Shown: piece after piece, positions 42,431 to 54,685 of the stretch
How positions within the stretch are numbered: position 1 is the stretch's first letter
How the letters are laid out: each line of letters opens with the position of its first letter
Source of the DNA: Octopus vulgaris
Taxonomy: Eukaryota
Assembly (NCBI GenBank): GCA_951406725.2
Contig: OX597830.1
Location: 20,212,001-20,276,000, forward strand
DNA length: 64,000 nucleotides
Reading direction: 5' to 3'
Notes under the pieces: generated by a model
The model's input: the letters and a program-made list of their open reading frames with translations, nothing else
Told to the model about the DNA's origin: nothing
Database searches by the model: none
Program-made: the position numbers and the translations under genes

Positions 42431-43499
42431 AGCTGCGGTGGATAAATTGTCGTCGAAATTACGCAAAAATAAAAATAACACTGACATCTCATTTTAACAG
42501 ATATATTTACCAAAATTACATAAAAGTATCTTGAAACACTAAAGAGTAAATTTGTTCAATAAAATAGCCCTTGGCTTCAACCACGACCTCCGGACGGCTT
42601 CGGAATCTCCTGCAACTTTTCTGGACGGTCTCCTTGTTCAAGTTGGTGAATGCTGCCATAATCCTTGCCTTCAGTATATCTTTGGTGTTACAAGGAGTTT
42701 TGTTGGTCTCTCACTCAACTGCGCCCCACACATTATAATCAAGGGGTTGCAGTCTGGGATGTTAGGTGGCCAGATGTTCGGGATGGGGTGGTTGCAGAAA
42801 TTGTCTGACAGCCATGACTGGGTTCTCCTGCTTGTTTGATATGGTGCAGAGTCCTGTTGCCAGACATAGGGTTTTCAAGCAGCCACCCTCTTACCCCATT
42901 AGGTCCCAATGTCCTTTAAACAGGACACGAAATGAAAACCTTAAATAAGCTATATTACATTGTCTTAGTGTTCTATTTATAGGACACAGAGTATTTCCAT
43001 TTCTACTTGAAGTAAAGGAATTTTAATAATTAATTTTTTCATTTTAACCTATTTTCAATCATCTGTAAAAATTTTAAAGTAATATTCAGAAATTTGAGTA
43101 CTCTGGGACTTAATGAGTTAATCCAGGACACTTGATATAGGCCTCCGTATTGAGTCTCGGGACATATGAAGAGATGAATGGAGGCATAACGTCACATCAC
43201 TACTCATCACTCCAAACACCATGATGTTGACTGGATGTTAGATTTTTATCACACTTGGTACATGTTCTCAGATTGACACCTGAACACTCTGAAATGTTCG
43301 TATTGGAGCTTCCGGCGAGAATGCCAAGCAGCACAACGTGCCATTTCTGGCAGGCTGAACTGCGTCAGGGTGCTCTTTTTCTCAAAGACGGTGCCCAACT
43401 GACCCTACTATACTTTGTAGTCAACAAAATCAAATATAAACAATGCGCCAGCGAGAAATTAAAATCATAAAATAGCAACACTTTACCCACCGCACCCTG
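42429..43499 (-). mobile_element. Tc1/mariner (maT/DD37D-like) element with both TIRs and an internally deleted transposase
   Basis: The minus strand gives YVWQQDSAP, WPPNIPDCNPLDYNVWGAVE and DVMPPFI...RLNTEAYIK. TIRs caagctgcggtggataaa / tttacccaccgcaccctg-TA in (TA)n. Confidence 0.88.
42894..43117. mobile_element. piggyBac-like MITE inserted in the maT transposase
   Basis: Ends tta-ccccattaggtccca and tgggacttaatgag-ttaa give inverted termini with TTAA-like flanks. Confidence 0.6.
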
Positions 43500-43617
<118 letters not shown>

Positions 43618-43684
43618 TGTATATATATATGTATATATGTTGTATATATATGTATGTATGTGTATATATATATATATATATATA

Positions 43685-43736
<52 letters not shown>

Positions 43737-43776
43737 CATACTCACACACACACACACATGCACACACACACACATG

Positions 43777-43811
<35 letters not shown>

Positions 43812-44066
43812 GTACGGCAAGCACCTTTCAGTTTCCAGCTACCAAATTCACTCGCAAGACTTTGGTCGGCCCTGGGCTATAAAAGTTGCTGTGCAATGAG
43901 TCTGAACCCTAGAACAACGCACCCACACCTGTATGTATGTCTCTCTATATATACATACATAAACACTAACACCCACACACACACTCACACACATCAATAA
44001 TAATAATAGTAATCATAAGGATTATTACGAAGTAGAATAGCATTACGTTTAATTCCTTTATATATA

Positions 44067-44277
44067 CAGTAATCCCTCGCCATATCGCAGTTCACTTATC
44101 ACGCACTTTACTACATCGCAGATTCTTCTGGCTAATATATGTAAATTTATATCGCGGACTGCTCATTATCCTGCGGGTTACTGCGGCCAATAGGCATTAA
44201 TATTTTTTTTTTCAGATTTTAATTATTTCTGTGGGAGGTTTTGGAACGTAACACCCGCGATAGTCAAGGGATTACTA
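44067..44277. mobile_element. Tigger/pogo-like MITE
   Basis: TA-cagtaatccctcgccatatcgc ... gcgatagtcaagggattacta-TA. Same family as 35474-36529. Confidence 0.85.
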
Positions 44278-44477
44278 TATACGTAGATTCTTGCATACGT
44301 CCATATATTTACATTACAAAGCAGATATATTTCGTTTTTGGATTTGGTTTGCAAGATCCTTTTTGTGAGTTCGTGTGTTGAAGCATATTCTGTTGTGTCT
44401 GGGGTGAGACACCCTCTTTTAGTGCCTTATAGTTTAACATACTCACCGGTAAAATTTCCACTCATTTATATATTTTT

Positions 44478-44514
44478 CTAAAATTTTCGTTGCGTCTTGC
44501 AACCTTTTCAATAG
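44478..44514 (-). ncRNA. Minimal hammerhead, U3-A8 variant, in a PLE-like repeat (44325-44575) with partial inverted arms
   Basis: CTA-TTGAAAA-g-GTTGC-aagac-GCAAC-GAAA-AT-TT-TAG. Paralog at 33770-33803 (+). Inverted arms 44387-44429 and 44533-44574. Confidence 0.5.
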
Positions 44515-44891
44515 TTGTTGACTCTCAACGACTAAGGCACTAAAAGAGAACGACTCTCCCCAGACACAACAGAAGGCAGATATAGTTACACATAACGTTA
44601 ATATGTATTTCCGCCATATTTGCTTATAATCATGTGTAGATACCTGCGCACTCACTCACTTACGCACACACACATACACACACACACACACACACACGAA
44701 CACATGCTCGCACGCGCACACACATATATACATTTGCCTACATATATATATATACACATGCCTATAAATATATATATATGCCTATATATATAAATATATA
44801 TATGTATATATATATACATATGCCTATGTGTGTGAGTGTGTGTGTGTGTTTGTGTGTGTCTGTGTGTCTGTGTATCATTGTGTGTGTGTGT

Positions 44892-44946
<55 letters not shown>

Positions 44947-45553
44947 TTTGTGTGTGTGTGTGTGTGTGTGTATGTGTGTGTGTAATTCTCATAAGCATAT
45001 ACATACATACATACCACACCACAATGAATATTACTGTCTGCACAATTCGTCAATTCGTCACGAAGAACAAAAGATAACACAGAATTGTAAAAACGACAAC
45101 AACAACAACAACAACAACCACAACAACAACAGCATCAACAACAACAACAACAACAACAACGATATTAAGAACAGCAACAACAGCAGCAACAATGCCACGG
45201 ATCCTGTTCAGAAAACTAAACGATTGGATGATGATGGCTTTACCAAGAGACAAGAACGATGAATAGGCCGCACTCATCATAGCAGTGTGTGCGAGTAAAG
45301 AGAGAGAGAGAGAGAGAGAGAAAGAGGGGGAGAGAGAGTGAGAGAGTTGGAAGGAGCGTAGGAGAGAGTGGGAAAGAGAGTGAGAGTGTGAGATGTAAGA
45401 CGCTGAATAGACAATTTCTAGATTACTAAAACAATGGCGCCCACTAACTGTAAGACAATAACTTCAAAAGAATAAGAGAAATGGATGCTTTGCGGCTTGT
45501 GTGTATATGCATGGTATTGGGTTGTGACGGCGATTGTGTACGTGTTTCTATGT

Positions 45554-45590
<37 letters not shown>

Positions 45591-45678
45591 TGAGTGTAAA
45601 ACAAAAAAAAATGGAAATAGTACTTAAGAGTTTCTTTTTTGCTTGTATATTATATACATGTATATGTACGTATATGTA

Positions 45679-45745
<67 letters not shown>

Positions 45746-46185
45746 GCATACATATGTGTATGTATATATCTATATATCTGTATGTGTGTATAAATTCGTA
45801 TGTATGTATGTATATTTGTATGTGTGTGTTTATATATATATGTATATACATATCCATATAAATATACACATGCATGTGTATGCAAATATATATTGATGTG
45901 TATATATATATATATATATATATACATCAATATATATATACATATAAATGTGTGTGTGTATCAGTGACAGTTTGTGTTTGTGTGTATATGCGTCGTGAGT
46001 ATTTGTGTGTGTCTGTGTGTTTATGTAAGTGTGTGTGTGTATGTGTATGTGTGCGTGTCTGGTGTGTGTTTGCGTGTGTGTATATGTGTGTGCTTGTCTG
46101 TTGTGTGTGTTGATATGTGTGTATGTGTGTTTCAGATGTGTATGTATGTGGGTATGTGTGTGTGTGTGTTTGTGTGTGTGTATGC

Positions 46186-46244
<59 letters not shown>

Positions 46245-46773
46245 TGTGGCTGAACGATTAAGAAGTCCATTTCTCATTCACACGATCTAGTGTTCGATCG
46301 CACGACTAGTCGTATTGAGCAGATGTCTTGTAATATGCTATCGGGTCGATTCATGTCCTGTTAGTGAAACTGGATAGACGGAAACTGTACAGAAGGCCAT
46401 CATATGGATTGTGACTACAATTCAAAAGGAGCAGCGTTGAGAGAAAGTATCTCTGGTCTCGCCTGAAAATTCCAGGTCCAAATTCTAACCTAAATCCACC
46501 AGTAACACACTCACAGGCACGTAGACATACACACACTCCCATACACACACAATCACAAATACACACGCAAACACAAACATACACAAAGATGCATGCGTTT
46601 ATATATATGTACACACAATTATATGTATGTTTATGTCTGTAAGTGTAGCCGAAATTGCGAGGATGATCCGGTTCTTGACTGAAGATTAGAGGCTTCGTCG
46701 TCCCGTTTTTTTGTGTCGTCTATTTGAATGTTTTGCGTTCTTGTCCCATTTTGTATTTTTATATATATTTTGT

Positions 46774-46842
<69 letters not shown>

Positions 46843-46859
46843 CAGACAGACAGACAGAC

Positions 46860-46914
<55 letters not shown>

Positions 46915-46946
46915 CACACAAGCACACACACACACACACACACACA

Positions 46947-46997
<51 letters not shown>

Positions 46998-47096
46998 ATA
47001 GTAATGGTAAGACAACAAAAGAATGAAAGAGACCTCGATATATAAATAGAGGAATTTATCTGTAAATATAATATGTGATAATTATTCGGTAGCCAT

Positions 47097-47157
47097 GATA
47101 GAAATCCGAGTTTCGGATGTCGGGGCGGAAACCTGCACCGGCATCTCTTCAGTTATC
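47097..47157 (-). ncRNA. Type I hammerhead-like motif in a PLE-like repeat (46995-47165)
   Basis: GATAa-CTGAAGA-GATGcCGG...CCGaCATC-c-GAAA-ctcggattt-cTATC. The paralog at 25646-25668 reads GAAACTCAGAGTT-CTATC. Confidence 0.45.
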
Positions 47158-47258
47158 TGGCCATCATATATATAAGTGTTAAACAGGACAGCTAACATAA
47201 AGGCAAGGCAAACATCTCAAGTCATATACATTATTATTATCACCAGAAAAAATTCATA

Positions 47259-47314
47259 GTCTTACAGCTGTTTCTGGGATATCCGAGAGTATGGGATATT
47301 CCATCATCGGAGAG
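47259..47314 (-). ncRNA. Type I hammerhead (C4 variant), left-arm copy
   Basis: cTCT-CCGATGA-TGGaATATCC...GGATATcCCA-GAAA-C-AGCT-G-TA-AGAc. Confidence 0.55.
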
Positions 47315-47676
47315 AAATAAGGAAAATGAGAAGGGTATAGATTAATGAAATGGCAACATAGAGGACAGGAGTAATAGATCGAAGCAGAAGGCCAGACAGA
47401 TCGTGATTTCAATTCTTAGACAGGGTGGTGCGATTTGTTCTTGAGCAAAACAATGCGTCTCGCGTTGCTCTGCGTTCACTTCGACGCCTGACCCGTGGTG
47501 CACAGTGCACCTATTCAGACAACGTTGATTTGATGGGGAGAGTAAGCTAATCTGCGGCACACACATATGGTCATTATAAACAAATCATTGAATGCTGACA
47601 CGTCGTCTTCGACGGGAGAGGTCCTGTCATGTATGTCATCATTTATTAATGTATACCCTTCTCATTTTACTTATTT

Positions 47677-47732
47677 GTCTCTGATGACGGAATATCCCAA
47701 ACTCTGGGGTTTCCCAGAAACAGCTGTAAGAC
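47677..47732 (+). ncRNA. Type I hammerhead with a canonical core, cleavage after GUA at 47728
   Basis: GTCT-CTGATGA-[imperfect stem II]-GAAA-C-AGCT-G-TA-AGAC; palindromic loop III. Confidence 0.7.
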
Positions 47733-47909
47733 TTTGAATTTGTTTTCCAATAATAATAATGTATATGACTTGAGATGTTTGCCTTGCCTCAACGTTTGTT
47801 GTCCTCTTCAACATATATATATATATCCGCTATATCGGAAATATGCAATGGCTCCATAACTACTCTCTCGGCTATGACCTTGGAACCTGTGAACTAAACC
47901 CCTATATTT

Positions 47910-47977
<68 letters not shown>

Positions 47978-47993
47978 TACATATATAGAAATC

Positions 47994-48377
47994 TGTGTGG
48001 TAAGTAGCTTGCTTACCAACCGCATGGTTCCGGGTTCAGTCCCACTGCGTGGCACCTTGGGCAAGTGTCTTCTACAATAGCCTCGGGCCGACCAAAGCCT
48101 TGTGAGTGGATTTGGTAGACGGAAACTGAAAGAAGCCAGTCGTATATGTATTTATATATATGTGTGTATGTGTGTATATTTTTATGTGTCTGTTTGTCCC
48201 CTGAACATCGCTTGACAACCGATGCTGGTGTGTTTACGTGCCCCGTAACTTAGCGGTTCGGTAACATAGACCGATAGAATAAGTACTAAGCTTACAAAGA
48301 ATAAATCCTGGGGTCGATTTGCTCGACTAAAAAAAAGGTGGTATTCCAGCATGGCCACAGAAACAAATAAAAAAGAG

Positions 48378-48379
<2 letters not shown>
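47994..48379 (+). mobile_element. SINE family A, slightly 5' truncated
   Basis: Matches 6361-6766. Confidence 0.9.
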
Positions 48380-48429
<50 letters not shown>

Positions 48430-48468
48430 ATAACAAATCTCTGAGCGAGATATAAACAGTAACTGCTG

Positions 48469-48942
48469 TATAACATAAGGGGGATCAGCCATCTGAATGT
48501 GGCTAGGGTCAGGGCGGGGTGGTGGGGGTGTTACTGATGCATTTAGCCCCAGGCGAACATCAACGTCACCAGAAGAGCTGACACCATCTCGGTGTCCTTG
48601 CCAGCCTGCAAAGGGAGATCAACCTCCCCGAAGATACGGATACTACACACAGACCGGTTTCGAGGTTTGAAAATCTATATATCCAACCTGTAGAGAGAGT
48701 CCCTCAACGAAGAGCGGTGCTTACCATACGTTGACAAGAGGCAATAACCTCGAAACCGGTCCGTGTGTAGTATCCGTATCTTCGGGGAGGTTGATCTCCC
48801 TTTGCAGGCTGGCAAGGACACCGAGATGGTGTCAGCTCTTCTGGTGACGTTGATGTTCGCCTGGGGCTAAATGCATCAGTAACACCCCACCACCCCGCCC
48901 TGACCCTAGCCACATTCAGATGGCTGATCCCTCTTATGTTAT
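48469..48942. mobile_element. Near-perfect inverted repeat (arms ~198 bp, spacer ~78 bp), PLE-like
   Basis: ataacataagggggatcagcc...gaccggtttcgaggtt pairs with aacctcgaaaccggtc...ggctgatccctcttatgttat. Shares tgcaaagggag.tca.cc with the 33331 palindrome. Confidence 0.9.
48725..48767 (+). ncRNA. Minimal type I hammerhead, U3-A8 variant, cleavage after GUC at 48761
   Basis: CATACG-TTGACAA-GAGG-caataa-CCTC-GAAA-CCGG-TC-CGTGTG. Stem I 6 bp, stem II 4 bp, palindromic loop III. Confidence 0.65.
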
Positions 48943-48949
48943 ATATATA

Positions 48950-49342
48950 TCTTTATATATAAAAGTCAAGTTGTGTGTCTGTCTCCTACGATTTAGATTC
49001 CTAACTACTCCCACATTTTGCGGTGCAGTTTAACCAAAACCGGGTATCTTATAGTCGTGATTCATATCGAGCCCTTCTGGGTATTAGCGCGCGTCTACGA
49101 TGAGTTTACAATTTTAAAAAAATTTACCATAATTTTTTTTCCATTTTAATGCATTTTTTCGCTATTATATAAGGAAGTAACTCTTTAAAAATGTCTACGA
49201 TGAGTCAACGATTTATAAAAAAAATTACCATTTCTTTTCCATTTTTAATGCATTTTTGGTTTTTTTTTTGCTATAACTCTCTAAAAATGCTTATATAGTT
49301 ATTTCCCTTACAAACCCGAGCAACGCCGGGTGATACTGCTAG
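48950..49342 (+). mobile_element. Non-autonomous Helitron
   Basis: 5' TC, 3' CTAG (49339-49342), subterminal hairpin cccgagcaacgccggg (49315-49330). Inserted between A and T with no TSD. Confidence 0.85.
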
Positions 49343-49396
<54 letters not shown>

Positions 49397-49496
49397 TGTA
49401 TGTATGTATGTATGTATGTGTGTGCGTGTATGTGTGTGTGTGTGTGCGTATAGATAGATAGATATACAAGCGCGCGCACACACACACACACAATAG

Positions 49497-49746
49497 CCTC
49501 TCTCATCGAAGACAACGTATCAGCGTTCAATTATTTGTTTACAATGACCATATGTTTGTGCCGCAGATTAGCAAACTCTCCCCATGAAATCAACGCTGTC
49601 TGAACAGGTGCACTGTGCACCAGGGGTCAGGCGTCGAAGTGAGCGAAGAGCAACGCGAGACGAAGTGTTTTGCTCAAGAAAACAAAGCACCAACAGGTCT
49701 AAGAATTGAAATCACGATCTGTCTGGCCTTCTGCTTCGATCTATTA
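49497..49746 (-). repeat. SINE-like ~250-bp segment, inverted copy of 47372-47621
   Basis: Shared gtgcacagtgcacc, cttgagcaaaaca and tagatcgaagcagaaggccagacagatcgtgatttcaattcttagac. Confidence 0.8.
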
Positions 49747-49964
49747 AATTGATTCCCATTAATCAATAAATATATATTTATAAAACGTGCGTTTTCTGCG
49801 ATGATTTCGTAAGCGTTATCGATTTTACAATTCTGTAATTAATAATAATGATATGTTTTACGCTTAAGGCTTATAAGTGAACACTTTGTATTGAGAAAAG
49901 AAATAGTTTAATACTGGGGTCCATAAGCCCTCGACGGAAAGAAGAAGAAAAAAGTAGTGTTTTT

Positions 49965-50031
49965 CATACGTGTGGGACACGAACACACACCTCTACGTTT
50001 TGGCGACAAGTGTGCTACCATTGCACCAACG
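49965..50031 (-). mobile_element. tRNA-like SINE head or tRNA pseudogene
   Basis: Reverse complement cgttggtgcaatggtagcacacttgtcgccaaaacgtagaggtgtgtgttcgtgtcccacacg has A-box and B-box-like motifs but a poor cloverleaf. Confidence 0.4.
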
Positions 50032-50053
50032 TATATATAGATTCGTGTACGTG

Positions 50054-50124
<71 letters not shown>

Positions 50125-50194
50125 ATATATATGTGCGTACATATATGTATATATGTGTGTATACATATATATATATATGTATACATGAATATAT

Positions 50195-50290
<96 letters not shown>

Positions 50291-50326
50291 TTTTTCTATT
50301 TTCTCTCCCTGTTTATTTCTGTGTTC

Positions 50327-50362
50327 CTTTCTGTCGAAGAGCATAGGCTCGAAACGTAAAAG
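50327..50362 (+). ncRNA. Minimal hammerhead-like motif (U6 variant) in a PLE-like repeat (50285-50447)
   Basis: CTTT-CTGTCGA-a-GAGC-atag-GCTC-GAAA-CG-TA-AAAG. Confidence 0.4.
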
Positions 50363-50445
50363 ACTTCCTCACTTCCCGAGCGTTAAACTAATCCGTCTGT
50401 TTGTTGTTTACACACCCGTCTTCTTTTTTTTTTGTAAATTCTCAC

Positions 50446-50476
<31 letters not shown>

Positions 50477-50794
50477 TCTTCTATTCTTTTACTTATTTCA
50501 GTCATTAGACTGCAGCCATGCCAGGGCACGGCCTTGAATAACTTTAGTCGAACGAATCAACTTCAGCATTTATTTTTAAGCCGGCATTTATTCTATCGAT
50601 TCCATTTGCCAAACCGCTAAGGAACGGCTATATAAACACATCAATACTGGGTGTCAAGTAGTGATGTTGTACAAACACACACACACACACACATACACAC
50701 ACATATAGACATAAATATATTCATGCATACAAATATATATAGAGAGATTTAAAAAAAAAACGTATAAAGGTTAAGGATATAAATTTGTTAATTA

Positions 50795-52290
50795 TGGATG
50801 ACCTATTAGCTTCTATATTTCAGTAGCACCAACAACTACAACAGCAACAACTGCAACACAATCAGTTGCAGTGCAACAACAACAGCAGAAAGAGTCGATC
50901 AACAATACTCAAGAGTCGATCAACAGTACTCAAGAGTCGAACAACAATACTCAGGAGTCAGCACCCAAGAGTCGAACAACAATACTCAGGAGTCAGCACC
51001 CAAGAGTCGAACAACAATACTCAGGAGTCAGCACCCAAGAGTCGAACAACAGTTGCTAAAATTAATAAGGATTTCCAGAAACACTATAAATTCGTTTTCG
51101 TCAGACGGCATATCGAACTCTATAACAGAATTCAGTTATGGCCCACAGAAGTGTATAACGATTGCAGCGTATTTTAGAAGATACGAAGAAATCTTTAGAA
51201 TGAAGATTGTTAGTCGTGGACGGACGAGGATAAAGTAAGATTATTGTTATATAAATTAGTGCCGGCTAAACATGAAAAATATTGTAATTTCATACTATCC
51301 CAGAAAAAAAAACTAGTGAAATCTGTTTTCAGGAAACAGTCGAACTACTATCAAAAATATTCAGCGATAAGAGTTTCCCTATTTAACACTTCGATAGGAG
51401 TGGTTGGAATCTAGCTAACAGAGGATGAAAACTCTGTCATGTATTACCGACCGTAAACAGAATGTGAGAATGATTTAAACTAAAGGAACTAACTTCTCAT
51501 ATGTTTAAGTGCCTCATGTTTGTACAAGGGTTTACTGCAAACAAAGATGCGGAGATACGTGCAAGAATTCTCACAAAACTTGAAGAAGCGGACCAAAGTT
51601 TAATACTGCAGACAGTTTCATAGGAGTGTCAAAGAATGGTAAAGTTACGTCAGGACGTAAAGAAAATAGAAGGGAAGGATTTCTCACAAGTACAAGCGTG
51701 CCGACCGGGAAGGTATAAACAAAAAAACAAATGTTAAGGGTTGGTAGGATGGCGTAGTGATTAAAAGAATTGTAGACATGATGTATTTAATAAAAGGCCA
51801 ACGATGGGAGCATAAACGACACTTGAATCAATTAAAGATTAGACATACAGAAGAGAGAAAGGAGATTCCAATGGACGTGTTTTACGACATGTTCGATGTG
51901 CCAGCACCAAAAGAGATTGAGCCTAGAAGGAGCAGTAACAGAAAGTGTAAAACGACTGAACATTTAGAAATAATTCCTAAGCGGAAAAGGTACTGAACTC
52001 CCTAGGGAAGCAAAATTTCAAAAAGGAAGAGGTGTGGGAAAAAAAAAATAATAATAGTAAAATAAATTTCGTTTCCTACGGAAGTCGAAATCTCAAAAAG
52101 GAAAATGTTATGACAAGAGTCACGACACCCCTATGCGTGAATAGACTTGACCGAACGACTATAAATAGTAGCGGTATGAGTGAGAGTGAGAGGGAGAGTA
52201 GGCGTTAATCGCAGGAAGTCGTAAGGTGCCGTTTTCGTAGTTTGTCGGAATATCATTTATCGGTTTGTGTATAGTTCGTGGAGAGTTTAT
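50795..52290 (+). mobile_element. Second Gypsy remnant: gag, integrase C-terminus, polypurine stretch and LTR-like end; pol core deleted
   Basis: 51475-51712 is homologous to 27245-27485 (FKCLMFVQGFTANKDAEIRARILTKLEE). 51757-51996 encodes an integrase tail, KRIVDMMYLIKGQRWEHKRHLNQLK. Confidence 0.75.
50890..51050. repeat. 21-bp x2 then 35-bp x3.4 tandem repeat
   Basis: caagagtcgaacaacaatactcaggagtcagcacc at 50931, 50966, 51001 and (partial) 51036. Confidence 0.9.
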
Positions 52291-52479
52291 TCTTTTATTC
52301 TTTTATTCTTTTACTTCTTTCAGTCATCTGACTGAGGCCATGCTCGAGCAGGGCTTTTAGTCGAGCAAATCGACCCCGGGACTTATTCTTTTTGCCGAAC
52401 TGGTAAGTTACGGGGTCTTAAACACACCAGCATCGGTCGTCAAGCGATGTTGGGTGGACAAATACAGACACACAAGCAT

Positions 52480-52532
<53 letters not shown>

Positions 52533-52700
52533 TACATATATACGACGGGCTTCTTTCAGTTTCCGTCTATCAAATCCACTCACAAGGCTTTGGTCTTCCC
52601 GAGGCTATTGTAGAAGACACTGGCACAAGATGCTACGCAGTGGGACTGAACACGGAACCATGTTATTGCTAAGCAAGCTACTTACCTCACAGCCCCTCCT
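52290..52700 (-). mobile_element. SINE family A; another partial copy at 50480-50680
   Basis: Matches 6361-6766. Confidence 0.85.
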
Positions 52701-53442
52701 TGGATTTCTACGTTGTTGTTACTCTGCTTCGTTATGTTTTATTGTTACTACACGGTTATAGTATAAACAAGTATCGTCATAAATAGTGGCGATACTACAA
52801 TAATTGGCGACGAGTAACTACGTTACAATACAAACATGCAGGAAGGCATACATACAGACATGTATACACACACACGCATACACACACACACACACACACA
52901 CTCATACACACACATACATATACACATGCATGTATGCATGCATGCATCCATCCATACATCCATCCATATATACATACACAACGTTTCGCCTGATATACCC
53001 TCCATACATGCCTGCATACATACATACATTCATACATACATACATTCCTGCATACAAACAAACAAACATACATACATACATTTATACATATATACATACA
53101 TCGTACACATATGCCCTCCATACATACATACATTCATACATGCATACATACATATATATATACATACATATATACATACATACATACATACATTCATACA
53201 TGCATACATACATATATATATACATACATATATACATACATACATACATTCATACATGCATACATACATATATATATACATACATATATACATACATACA
53301 TACATTCATACATGCATACATACATATATATACATACATATATACATACATTCATACATACATACATACATACATACATACATACATACATACATACATA
53401 CATACATACATACATACATACATACATACATACAGACATACA

Positions 53443-54215
53443 TACTGGTGGAAGATTCTCATCAAAACATCTGTCAAGTGTAAACATAACAAAACGGATA
53501 TTATTGTTTGGGACAGACAAGAAAAAGTGTGTACCATCATAGAGGTCAGCCGTCCAGTTGATGTAAAAATCTCTATGAAAATCAAAGAGGTAGAGAACAG
53601 CCGGGGTCAATTGTTTCGAAACCTCCAGCTTGTCTATCCCAATTATCAATTCACATTTATATCATTTATAATTAATGGGCTTAGTTTTGCGAGTAAATGC
53701 CAAATTGACAATCTTGATAAAGTAGCGTCTTCAAAAAAAAAAAAAAATTAAATCAATCGACTAACTCGGGCATTGCAAATACAATTTGTTAGTGGAACAG
53801 TAAAAATATGTAAGACTTTACTCAAGTTTACAATGTGATATTTTTTACATTATTTACATTCGACGGATATTTGTCATTTTGTTTGTTGTTAACACAACGT
53901 TTCGCCTGATATACCCTCCAGCCTTCTTCAGGAGTCTTGGGGAAATTTCGAACCTGGGTTCTCCAAGATACCTGGAGAAGGCTGGAGGGTATATCAGGCG
54001 AAACGTTGTGTTAACAACAAACAAGATGAGGACAAATATCCGTCGAATGTAAAGAATGTAAATAATGTAAATAATGTACATAATTCCTCATCTCTTAAAT
54101 ATAGGACTGTGTGATATTTTTTCATAAACTACATTCAAACGATGAAGCTTTGTATCTTTGTTAGAAATCAGTTCCTTCTTCGGAGGAAGAGTTTAAATAT
54201 TTAAAAAGAGAAGAG

Positions 54216-54218
<3 letters not shown>
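53443..54218 (+). mobile_element. 5'-truncated RLE-type (R4/Dong-like) non-LTR element in (CATA)n: restriction-like endonuclease domain plus 3' UTR
   Basis: YWWKILIKTSVKCKHNKTDIIVWDRQEKVCTIIEVSRPVD...KIKE...GTVKICKTLLKF matches the RLE (RPD...E...K) motif. Flanked by (CATA)n/(CA)n. Confidence 0.75.
53847..54109. mobile_element. Palindromic PLE-like insertion with a 13-bp TSD and two degenerate hammerheads
   Basis: TSD tgtgatatttttt at 53834-53846 and 54110-54122. Arms ~53847-53941 and ~53961-54061. Motif ATAC-CTGGAGA-a-GgCTG...CAGgC-GAAA-CG-TT-GTGT at 53968-54011, with a CTGAAGA copy on the minus strand. Confidence 0.8.
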
Positions 54219-54277
<59 letters not shown>

Positions 54278-54345
54278 TACATACATACATACATACATAC
54301 ATACATACATGCATACATACATACATACATACATACATACATACA

Positions 54346-54376
<31 letters not shown>

Positions 54377-54377
54377 T

Positions 54378-54636
54378 CGAGCAACAAGGATACGTACCAA
54401 CCCGCCTGGAGCAAAGTATGGCTGAACTTTGAGATTTACTGAGAGAATACAAATCCTTAATTCATACCCTACAGGCGCAGGAGTGGCTGTGTGGTAAGTA
54501 GCTTGCTTACCAGCCACATGGTTCCGGGTTCATTCCCACTACGTGGCACCTTGGGCAAGTGTCTTCTACTATAGCCTCGGGCCGACCAAAGCCTTGGGAG
54601 TGAATTTGGTAGACGGAAACTGAAAGAAGCCCGTCG

Positions 54637-54685
<49 letters not shown>

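Larger units (their letters stand above)
47168..47820. mobile_element. Two inverted ~200-bp PLE-like repeats (47168-47370 and 47622-47820) flanking a ~250-bp spacer
   Basis: aggcaaggcaaacatctcaagtcatatacattattattat pairs with ataataataatgtatatgacttgagatgtttgccttgcct, and the match extends through the arms. Each arm carries a hammerhead. Confidence 0.8.

Noticed and set aside
50890-51050. 35-bp repeats superficially CRISPR-sized
   Set aside because: The units are contiguous with no unique spacers, in a eukaryotic retrotransposon context with no cas genes.
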